DNA of 64,000 nt from Leucoraja erinacea (lineage: Eukaryota), in the NCBI RefSeq assembly GCF_028641065.1, contig NC_073415.1:434001-498000 (forward strand), in the 5' to 3' direction. Shown piece by piece: positions 56,597 through 64,000 of the stretch. A model generated the notes under the pieces. That model was not told where the DNA came from, searched no databases, and saw only the letters and a program-made list of their open reading frames with translations. The first letter of the stretch is position 1; each line of letters starts with the position of its first letter. Position numbers and translations under genes: made by a program.

Positions 56597-59500
56597 AAAG
56601 AAAGAAAAAAAAAAGAGAAAAATTGATAATAATAAATTACGCATAAAAATAAAATAGATTAAAAAAACAAAGCAAAGCAAAACTGGACTGAACTGAGAAT
56701 TTCAACGATGTTAGTCTGTTTGTCGACATGTCCGTTCCACCCTATAGAGGTAAAATAATTTTTATAATGGTTAAAGAGGGTGCAATTTATGTTGTATCAA
56801 AATGTTCAATAAATTTTCCCCAAGTCTTATCAAATTTAACCAAGGGTTCAACAGTATCACTCCTGATTTTTTTCTGAAGTTATACATGATATCGTTTCAG
56901 AGTACCACTGGAGTATGCCACAACATTTCCATCTGGGAAACTGGGTCTGCCTCTCCACCCTATCTATGTCTCCCATCATTCTATGTACCTCTATCAGGAT
57001 GCCCCCTAAACCTCTGGTGTTCCAGAGAAAATAATCCAAGTTTCGACTCAACTGAAGATTTGGACTTGGAGGAATTGTCAGCCAAGTGGTTCGTTCAGCC
57101 CGTAGTGTCCAAGCTTTTCTCAAGACCGCCCTAATCATCATTAGTTTAGTTTAAAGGTAGACAAAAATGCTGGAGAAACTCAGCGGGTGAGGCAGCATCT
57201 ATGGAGCGAAGGAATAGGTGATGTTTTGTGTCGAGACCCTTCTTCAGACCTGAAAGGTCTCGACCCGAAACGTTACCTATTCCTTCGCTCCATAGATGCT
57301 GCCTCACTCGCTGAGTTTCTCCAGCATTTTTGTCTACCTTCAAATTTTCCAGCATCTGCAGTTCAATCTTAAACATATCAGTTTAGTTTAGTTTAGAGAT
57401 ACAGTGCGGAAGCAGGCACTTTGGCCCACCGAGTCCACGCCGACCAGCGATCCCCGCACATTAACACCATCCTACACACCAATTTCATTGTCCTATCTGG
57501 GACACATGACAATAAAACTCACTCTTGACATGGGGACAATTTACACATACACCAAGCCAACTAACCTACAAACCTGCACGTCTTTGGAGTGTGGGAGGAA
57601 ACCAAAGATCTCGGAGAAAACCCACGTGATCACGGGGGAACGTTTAAGGATAAGGGGGAAATCTTATCGGACCGAGATGAGAAAAACATTTTTCACACAG
57701 AGTGGTGAATCTGTGGAATTCTCTGCCACAGAAGGTAGTTGAGGCCACAGTTAATTGGCTATATTTAAGAGGGAGTTAGATGTGGCCCTTGTGGCTAAAG
57801 GGATCAGGGGGTATGGAGAGAAGGCAGGTACAGGATACTGAGTTGGATGATCAGCCGTGATCATATTGAATGGCGGTGCAGGCTCGAAGGGCCGAATGGC
57901 CTACTCCTGCACCTATTGTCTATGTTTCTATGTTTCTATGTACAAACTCAGTACAGACAGCACCCGTAGTTGGGATCGGACTCGGGTCTCCGCCGCTGCG
58001 AGCGGGGTAAGGCAGCAACTCTACCGCTGCGCCACCGTGGCTGCCCTCTAAGTTTTTATTCATTCTAGTGAAGACTTTGTTGTTGACTTTCCTTCCAACA
58101 GGATGGACCTGTGGCAGATGGGAGATGAGGACATACTCCGTCAGATCCTTCAGTGCGCCCCAGAGCTGGTTGATCATGAGAATCACATCTTCCAAGTTCC
58201 GGGCATCCCGGCGTTTGGGTTCAAGACTGCTCTGAGCACGTTGAATCCTGACACATTCCAGAGTATCCTTGGGGTGACCTCCCTCCTGGGAAACAGCAGC
58301 TTCCCACATCGGTACCAAGACTTCAAGGTAGGACCAGTGTCAATGAGAATAACATATCATACATACAATACACAATACACAATACAATTTATTTGTCACA
58401 TTGAACCTCATAGAGGCTCAAGTGAAATGTTGTTTCTGCTGTCATACATACAAGAAAAAAAGACCCAAGACACAACACAATTTACACAGACATCCATCAC
58501 AGCGCATCTCCACCTCGCTGTGATGGAAGGCAAAAAAACGTATCTCTCCCCTGCACTTCCCTCTCCCCCCGATGTCAGAGTCAAAGTCAGAGCCCAAGTC
58601 AGAGCCCCCGGCGGGCGACAACAATTGTCCCGCGGCCATTAACGCCGCGCCGGGTGGTGCAAGGCCATGCTCCGGGTCTTGTTGTTGGAGCCCCAGGCGG
58701 GCGCTAGCAAGTCCCGCAGCCGTTGAAGCCACGCCGGGCGATGATGTCAGGCCCCACTCCAGGTCATCCTCAACCCCGCTACTCGGGCGGGAGAAGTCGC
58801 CGTTGCGGAAGCCCCGAAAAGCGGTATCCCAGCAGGGACCCGCGGGCTCCCGGTGTTACTGTCTGCCAGACCTGCGGTTGGACCCTCCGAATCCCCGGGG
58901 TCGGGTCGCAGCAGCGCGCCTCCACCGCTCCACCCGTTCCGGACTCGGCCAGCTCCACGATGGTGAGTAGCTCCGCAGCTCCGTGACTGGAGCCCCAGGT
59001 CGTTCCTGCTGGAGGCCGCTCCACGTTGCAGCCCCAACGACAACGGAGACCCGACAGGGAAAAGGTCGGGTTCTCCGTGCAAATTTTAAAAGTTTCCCCC
59101 CCCACCCCCCGCCCCCCACACTCACACACACAATACACATAAACATACCCCATCAAAAAAAAAAATAAAAACTACATTAAAACGGGACAAAAAAATAACA
59201 AAAAACAGACGGACTGCAGAGGCCGCTGCGACGTGAGTTGAATACCATGCGACATACCAGGGACAATTGATAATGTTCCAAATCCCAATCACCCCGTACA
59301 CGAGCACTATCCTTCAAGTCAAGTCAAGCTTATTCCTCACATACACATACGAGATGTGCAGTGAAATGAAAAGTGGCAATGCTCGCGGATTGTGCAAAAA
59401 GACTACAAAATAGAATGGAACAGAATCACATATTCACATATTACATATTTGTGGGAGAAAAATAAAAACAGCAATTTTAACAGGACACCACACAACAGTA

Positions 59501-61760
59501 GAATGGTTCAGTATAGTTAGTCCCTGGTGAGATCGGAGTTTACAGTCCTAATGGCCTCTGGGGAGAAACTCCTTCTCATCCTCTCCGTTCTCACAGCATG
59601 GCAACGGAGGCGTTTGCCTGACCGTAGCAGCTGGAACAGTCCATTGCTGGGGTGGAAGGAGTCTCACCCACTAGGGACAATTTACAGAAGCCAATTAGCC
59701 TACAAAAGGATCAAATGCTTCCTAGAAAGATGTAGAAAATAATCAATCTAAACATACCCGTACCTCTCTGATGTTTATTTTATCCAATCTCACTCTTAGG
59801 TGGCCTTGTGTTTGGGTGTGAACACTTCAACTACCTGGCTTGGCTCTTTAAGTCCATTCCTTACAGTTTTGGAACTGACTGAATTCTACTACCTTAAAGG
59901 TCCTCCAGGCTGCTACAGAGAAGCACTTCAGGCCTATGCACAACTAGGTAAGGAGGAGGCACCAGTGGGTGGGTTTAGAGTCTAGACCAAGGGCGGGGCA
60001 GCGGTAGAGTTGCTGCCTCACAGCGCCAGAGACCAGGATTCGATCCCGACTACGGGTGCTGTCTGTACGGAGTTTGTACGTTCACCCCGTGACCTGCGTG
60101 CGTTTTCTCCGTGACCTCCGGTTTCCTCCCACACTCCAAAGACGTACAGGTTTGTCGGCTAATTGGCTTGGCGTAAGTGTGAATTGTCCCTAGTGTGTGT
60201 AGATAGAGTAAGTGTGTGGGGATTGCTGGTTGGCACTGACAGGGTGGGCCGAAGGGCCTGTTTCCGCGCTGCATTTCTAAACCAAACGGTTGCCCTTGGA
60301 ATTGGGGCATTAGGCCGTCTCGGCTGAGAGGGTCTTGGGCTCAAGTTGCTGTCTATGCGCTGATACAGACATGTCCGTGACAGATGCAATCCCCTTTGGT
60401 TTAGAGATGCAGCGTGGACACAGGCCCTTCAGCCCACCGAGTCCGCGCCGACCAGCGATCCCCGCACACTAATACTATCCTACACACACTGGGGACAATT
60501 TTACAAACTAACCTACAAACCTGAGGTAGACAAAAATGCTGGAGAAACTCAGCGGGTGCAGCAGCATCTATGGAGCGAAGGAAATAGGCAACGTTTCGGC
60601 CCGAAACCCAAAGGAAATAGGCAACGTTTCGGGTCGAAACCCGGAAGGGTTTCGGGCCGAAACGTTGCCTATTTCCTTCGCTCCATAGATGCTGCTGCAC
60701 CCGCTGAGTTTCTCCAGCATTTTTGTCCACCTTCGATTTTCCAGCATCTCCAGTTCCTTCTTAAAAACCTACAAACCTGCAGGTCTTTGGAGTGTGGGAG
60801 GAAACCGGAGCACCCGGAGAAAACCCATTGGGAAAATTTAATTCAGGTGTATAAATTCAGGTGTGTAAATGCAGGTGCATATATTTGAGTGTGTAAAATT
60901 CAGGTGGGTAAACAAACGCTGGTGTGTAAATTTGGATGCGTAAATTCAGGCATGTAAATTCCTATGTGTGCAGGTAAAATTCCCCCAGTGTGTAGGAAGA
61001 GGTGAAATCTGGGATAGAGTCAATAGGAATGTGGGGAGAATACATGGCAGGGAAATTTAGTGAGGGAATGGGCCAGCACAAACTCTATAGGCTGAATGGC
61101 CTCCCGTCGGAACAAAAGTTACAAAAGGCCTGGGTAGAGTGGATGTGGAGAGAATGTTTCCACTAGTGGGAGAGTCTAGGACCAGAGGCTATAGTCTCAG
61201 AATAAAAGGAGTTACCTTTAGAAAGGAGATGAGGAGGAATCACTTCAGCCAGGGGGTGGTGAATCTGTGGAATTCATTGCCACAGACGGCTGTGGAGGCC
61301 AAGTCAACGGATATTTTTAATGTGGAAATACATAGATTCTCGATTAGTAAGGACCCTGTCCCACTTAGGAAACCTGAACGGAAACCTCTGGAGACTTTGC
61401 GCCCCACCCAAGGTTTCCGTGCGGTTCCCGGAGGTTGCAGGTGGTTGCCGGAGGTTGCAGGTAGTGGAAGCAGGTAGGGAGACTGACAAAAACCTCCCAG
61501 AACCACACGGAAACCTTGGGCGGGGCGCAAAGTCTCCAGAGGTTTCCGTTAAGGTTTCCTAAGTGGGACAGGGGCATTTGGGTGTCGGGTTATGGGGAGA
61601 AGGCAGGAGAATACGGTGAGGAGGGGGAGATAGATCAGATATGATTGAATGATATAGATGGGCCGCATGGCCTAATTCTGCTCCACTGAAATGAAGTTAT
61701 GAAAAGTGGAGATTCAGGCTGGTGGGCACTGTGGATCTTGGAATCACCTGAAGATCAGAG

Positions 61761-61794
<34 letters not shown>

Positions 61795-64000
61795 TTCCAG
61801 TACAGGGCCATCTGAAGGAGGTGCTTGGCAAAGTGAAGGGGATGTTGACATTCAGAGTGCAGCTTTCCGAGGGTCAGCACTGGAGTGAGTCCGACATCCT
61901 GACCTATCAGTCAGCATTCATCGAGGCCTTCGCTGACAGCGCTGCCAGAGGACAACAAATATACCTGAAGGTGAGCATAGGAGATGGCCTCCGTCGAAAA
62001 ATGCCCGCCAGCCCACCATGGCTACTCACTGACCTGAAGTAACCGCTCCCTAAGTGATAATTCGCTGGTGAGGCTGCACTTGCAGCACTGTGTTCAGTTT
62101 AGAGATACAGCGCAGAAACAAGTTCTTCTGCCCACCGATTCCACGTCGACTAATGATACCTGTATGCTAGCACTATGCTACACACACTAGGGACAATTTA
62201 CAATTTGACCAGTGTGGTGCAGCGGTAGAGTTGCTGCCTCACAGCGCCGGAGACCCGAGTTTGATCCCGACCATGGGTGCTGTCTGTATGGAGTTTGCAC
62301 GTTCTCCCCGTGACCCGCGTGCGTTTTCTCCGAGATCTTCGGTTTCCCCCCACACTCCAAAGACGTACAGGTTGGTAGGTTAATTGGCTTGGTGTAAATT
62401 CAAAAATGTTCCCTGGTGTGTATAGGATAGTGTTAGTGTGCGGGGATCGCTGGTCAGTGCGGGCTTGGTGGGCCGAAGGGCCTGTTTCTGCGCTGTATCT
62501 CTAAACTAAACTAAACCCATAGTATGACCATAAAATGCTCCAATTTTAGTATCTAATCCACAACCTCCTGCCTAACCTATTGTCCCCCTCTCTTTATTCC
62601 CCCTCATTCACCTGGACGCACACCCCTTTCTCCTTCCCCCTTCTCCCCATACCTATATTCCTTCCTCTAGCTTCACATTTCACTCTTCTCCCATCCTTAT
62701 CTCAGGCTTTTTTTGTCTTTTCACTTTGGCCTTTGTCCAACCATCCGCCCATCGAAACACCCCATCTGTACCCACCTATCACTCGCCAAGCCTTGTCCCA
62801 CCCCCACCTTCCATGTCTTCCAGCTTTCTCTCTCTCCCCCCCCCCCCCAATCAGTCTGGACCAAAGATCCTATAGCGAGCAAGATAGTAGTAGACGTCAA
62901 AGACATAGTACGGTCATGGGCAGATTCGTGGGTAATTTTCGGCCCCATTTCCGTAACCGGCTTCCGTCTCGGCACCAAAGATCCCGTAGCGGAGCTAAGA
63001 TACTAGTGCGGAGACGGAAGCCGGTTACGGAAACATCCTCGTAAAAATAAAAGTTCTTTGGTAAAAATCTTCTCATTTTCAGCAACTAAGTTACAGAGAA
63101 AGGTTGAACAAGTTAGGGCTTTATTCTTTGGAGCGCAGAAGGTTAAGGGGGCACTTGATAGAGGTCTTTAAAATGATGAGAGGGATAGACAGAGTTGACG
63201 TGGAAAAGCTTTTCCCACTGAGAGTAGGGAAGATGCAAACATGGGGACATGACTTGAGAATTAAAGGACAGAAGTTTAGGGGTAACATGAGGGGGAACTT
63301 CTTTACTCAGAGAGTGGTAGCTGTGTGGAATGAGCTTCCAGTGAAGGTGGTGGAGGCAGGTTCGTTTTTATCATTTAAAAATAAATTGGATAGTTAAATG
63401 GACGGGAAAGGTATGGAGGGTTATGGTCTGAGCGCAGGTATATGGGACTAGGGGAGATTATGTGTTCGGCACGGACTAGAAGGGTCGAGATGGCCTGTTT
63501 CCGTGCTGTAATTGTTATATGGTTATTTTCAGAATTTTTATTTATTGACACAAACTGTTCCCCCGCAACGTTGATTACACTGCGGGTCGGGTCAGGTCGG
63601 GTCGGGTTACAGAAATGGATGAAAAATAGGCCCACATTCCGCTCCGTTGCGTACTACACGTCAGCCCATTGCATTTAGCAGGAGTGGTCTATCTTGCTCC
63701 GCTATAGGATCTTTGGTCTGAAGAAGGGTCCCGACCCGAAACGTCACCTATCCACGTTCTCCAGAGATGATTGATGCCTGGCCCGCTGGGTTACTCCGGC
63801 ACTTTGTGTCTTATTTTCCTATTACAGGTGCTCCTGTCATCACCACTCACTCCGTGGAAAATTCTTCCTGTTGTCAAGTACTTTGTGCTGTATTACTTCG
63901 AGGGTCCAGAGGAGTGCTGGCAATCTTTCCCCCAGCACAACACCTTCGGACTTTACCAAACCGTTTTCCTTTCACAGCAAGCAGCAGCGTTTCACTGCCA
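14956..64000 (+). CDS. Uncharacterised multi-exon gene (span; >900 aa, incomplete at both ends) with two tandem homologous modules
   Basis: A chain of about 19 open, non-repetitive exons with GT-AG sites and consecutive compatible phases. Internal protein self-similarity supports the reading frames independently. Confidence 0.85.
16696..16756 (+). CDS. Unknown gene, candidate exon ([20 protein letters not shown])
   Basis: ttcttgtccacag|...|gtaagt (strong donor). Phase-2 exit fits the exon at 21715. May be UTR. Confidence 0.55.
18495..18530 (+). ncRNA. Minimal hammerhead ribozyme motif (representative copy) in a Penelope-like terminal repeat
   Basis: AGGT-CTGAAGA-A-GGGT(TTCG)GCCC-GAAA-C-GTT-GCCT: core CUGANGA/GAAA, stem II with UUCG loop, stem I AGGU/GCCU, palindromic ACGU stem III. 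Confidence 0.7.
19820..20407 (+). mobile_element. CR1 LINE 3' fragment (representative of >15 copies)
   Basis: [19 protein letters not shown]...[14 protein letters not shown]. Others at ~8775(-), 13345(-), 17270(-), 22065, 25500, 26070, 29597, 44285, 44975, 46865, 48455(-), 51895(-), 53585, 57645, 61125 and 63088. Confidence 0.9.
20613..21281 (-). mobile_element. Solo LTR (Gypsy-like, 669 bp)
   Basis: TG...CA termini with a 5-bp TSD GGGAG on both sides. TATATAA and AATAAA are in the right order on the minus strand. Inserted into a V-SINE. Confidence 0.85.
21715..22023 (+). CDS. Unknown gene exon with first RIIa/Dpy-30-like motif
   Basis: ctaac branch point plus ctctctccacag acceptor; ...[44 protein letters not shown]; AG|gtagga, phase 2. 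The in-exon ATG (MSGQISER) is a possible start. Confidence 0.85.
23263..23351 (+). CDS. Unknown gene exon ([30 protein letters not shown])
   Basis: ttacccctag|...CAG|gtgcag, phase 2 to 1. Confidence 0.75.
24535..24630. repeat. (GACTTA)n microsatellite
   Basis: About 15 hexamer units following a SINE (CTAAA)n tail. Confidence 0.9.
24743..24966. mobile_element. Harbinger-type MITE
   Basis: Same TIR, TTA TSD, interrupts a CR1 fragment. Others at 4140-4448, 46369-46656, 50482-50860 and 55169-55464; partial copies near 12815, 22675, 43085 and 54765-54975. Confidence 0.85.
25121..25260 (+). CDS. Unknown gene exon ([20 protein letters not shown]...TSALS)
   Basis: catcccgcag|...|gtgagt, phase 1 to 0. 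Confidence 0.85.
27037..27230 (+). CDS. Unknown gene exon ([15 protein letters not shown]...QQHHLVF)
   Basis: aattccag|...AG|gtaact, phase 0 to 2, open frame of 64 codons. Confidence 0.85.
28310..29095 (+). mobile_element. Penelope-like element 3' end: GIY-YIG C-terminal remnant, pyrimidine-rich UTR and hammerhead motif at 28966-28993
   Basis: Reads [21 protein letters not shown]. Related copies at 7455-7870, 22865-23215, 54085-54220 and 51125-51610 (-) (e.g. KLEEQH...GSLQPSGMNIDFSN), mostly followed by CTGAAGAAGGGTCTCGACCCGAAACGTC. Confidence 0.7.
29257..29305 (+). CDS. Unknown gene exon ([17 protein letters not shown])
   Basis: ctgtttcag|...AAG|gtgagt, phase 2 to 0. Confidence 0.8.
31790..32350. 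repeat. TGCATG-rich minisatellite (~50-60-bp units)
   Basis: Repeats of gttgcatgtt...gacagtatgcatgatcctgtg; an outlying unit at ~31445-31487 is separated by a CR1 insertion. Confidence 0.9.
32404..32585 (+). CDS. Unknown gene exon ([11 protein letters not shown]...[19 protein letters not shown])
   Basis: gtgtctctag|...AG|gtacga, phase 0 to 2. Confidence 0.8.
33120..34590 (-). mobile_element. Rex1/Babar LINE, 5'-truncated RT
   Basis: ORF 33905-34747 has [39 protein letters not shown] and KFADDT. It continues, frameshifted, into 33283-33651 ([27 protein letters not shown]). Confidence 0.9.
35192..35555. repeat. C/T low-complexity tract between two gaps
   Basis: Almost pure pyrimidine, flanked by N runs. 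Confidence 0.8.
35756..35898 (+). CDS. Unknown gene exon, 5' end in assembly gap ([26 protein letters not shown]...)
   Basis: Open frame emerging from the N-gap, donor G|gtgggt in phase 1. Homologous to the exon at 63828. Confidence 0.75.
36490..36684. mobile_element. hAT/Charlie-like MITE
   Basis: TIR C(G)GTGGTTCTTAACC / GGTTAAGAACCACTG. No clear TSD. Confidence 0.7.
37659..37948 (+). CDS. Unknown gene exon (AGAGEWPRN...TDKELQLLE)
   Basis: ttgtatag|...GAG|gtgaga, phase 1 to 0. Confidence 0.8.
38215..39240 (+). mobile_element. CR1 (HER1-like) LINE 3' fragment
   Basis: [12 protein letters not shown]...[22 protein letters not shown] and RTRGHSLRI motifs; (CTATTGT)n tail. Confidence 0.9.
40705..40812 (+). 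CDS. Unknown gene exon ([11 protein letters not shown]...DSEDTQ)
   Basis: ccttatcctccag|...CAG|gtactg, 36 codons, phase 0 to 0. Confidence 0.8.
40960..41418 (-). mobile_element. Second, related Helitron-family fragment (ends in gap)
   Basis: Shares blocks with 8400-8640 (ggttttatagtccct, aataact, atgggaaaaatcctc, aagtggtcaaga). Confidence 0.6.
41807..42001 (+). CDS. Unknown gene exon ([13 protein letters not shown]...LINNFKV)
   Basis: ttgccacag|...|gtgggt, 65 codons, phase 0 to 0. The donor could be 3 nt earlier. Confidence 0.8.
42124..42679. mobile_element. Long-TIR foldback DNA element (~190-bp arms)
   Basis: GGGTGATTTCACGAAAGGTCAC... at the left end with a near-perfect inverted copy at 42489-42679, flanked by TATA on both sides. 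Confidence 0.85.
46713..46841 (+). CDS. Unknown gene exon ([15 protein letters not shown]...GNNQ)
   Basis: ctgcccacag|...CAG|gtaacg, 43 codons, phase 0 to 0. Confidence 0.75.
50137..50247. mobile_element. 111-bp hAT-like MITE
   Basis: TIR CAGTGGCGGACTGG / CCAGTCCACCACTG; TSD atgatgat/atgatggt. Confidence 0.7.
50907..51029 (+). CDS. Unknown gene exon (VYSEYPPHG...NTALLK)
   Basis: cttaccgcag|...AAG|gtaggt, 41 codons, phase 0 to 0. Confidence 0.75.
51096..51129. mobile_element. 34-bp minimal hAT-type element
   Basis: CAAAGAT...ATCTTTG flanked by a perfect 8-bp TSD GTCAAGAC. Confidence 0.7.
53407..53531 (+). CDS. Unknown gene exon with second RIIa/Dpy-30-like motif
   Basis: ccttcacag|[43 protein letters not shown]|gtaaga, phase 0 to 2. 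Confidence 0.85.
54325..55545. mobile_element. Rearranged non-LTR (RTE-like) RT C-terminal fragments with nested insertions
   Basis: DDEDxYRQxxxMYAQ.[31 protein letters not shown] occurs in both orientations. Confidence 0.55.
56300..56925 (-). mobile_element. L1/Tx1-like LINE 3' end
   Basis: The minus strand gives a degenerate ORF2-like end ([11 protein letters not shown]...[13 protein letters not shown]), a T-rich UTR, AATAAA and an A-rich tail. Confidence 0.55.
58102..58327 (+). CDS. Unknown gene exon ([17 protein letters not shown]...HRYQDFK)
   Basis: ccttccaacag|...AAG|gtagga, phase 2 to 0. Confidence 0.85.
59800..59947 (+). CDS. Unknown gene exon ([15 protein letters not shown]...ALQAYAQL)
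   Basis: cactcttag|...G|gtaagg, phase 0 to 1. Confidence 0.85.
61801..61970 (+). CDS. Unknown gene exon ([14 protein letters not shown]...GQQIYLK)
   Basis: (GT)n-gcgtttccag|...AAG|gtgagc, phase 1 to 0. Confidence 0.85.
62214..62515 (+). mobile_element. tRNA-derived V-SINE (HE1-like), representative full-length copy of dozens
   Basis: Pol III A box (tggtgcagcgg) and B-box-like gtttgatcc (GGTTCGATCC in other copies), V-domain GGAGTTTGCACGTTCTCCCCGTG...GGTTTCC, CR1-like tail with (CTAAA)n. Other copies at ~15835, 23565, 27435(-), 27745, 32933, 52520 and 59993. Confidence 0.85.
62862..63715. mobile_element. hAT-type MITE with nested CR1 fragment (63088-63525)
   Basis: TIR CAAAGATCCTATAGCG(G)AGCAAGATAG; imperfect 8-bp TSD gtctggac/gtctgaag. 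Confidence 0.7.
63828..64000 (+). CDS. Unknown gene exon, runs off the window ([11 protein letters not shown]...[17 protein letters not shown])
   Basis: ttcctattacag acceptor, phase 0, open to the window end. Confidence 0.8.
   Translation, partial: MLLSSPLTPWKILPVVKYFVLYYFEGPEECWQSFPQHNTFGLYQTVFLSQQAAAFHC

Overview
Vertebrate genomic DNA, very likely a cartilaginous fish (skate/ray), inferred from its HE1/V-SINE, HER1/CR1 and Penelope-like repeat content. It has four N-gaps. Two genes lie head-to-head around a CpG-rich promoter at ~11.2-11.6 kb. (i) A complete two-exon CDKN2D (p19INK4d, 166 aa) on the minus strand. (ii) A large plus-strand gene I do not recognise, reconstructed by hand as about 19 phase-compatible GT-AG exons from ~15 kb to beyond the window end (>900 aa). 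Its protein has two tandem homologous modules, each opening with an RIIa/Dpy-30-like 'LPPNPYP' motif. The introns are packed with mobile elements: CR1 fragments, V-SINEs, Rex1/Babar, an L1-like tail, a solo LTR, a Helitron, and Harbinger- and hAT-type MITEs. There are also dozens of Penelope-like termini carrying a minimal hammerhead ribozyme motif. All exon models and family assignments were made by eye, without database searches.
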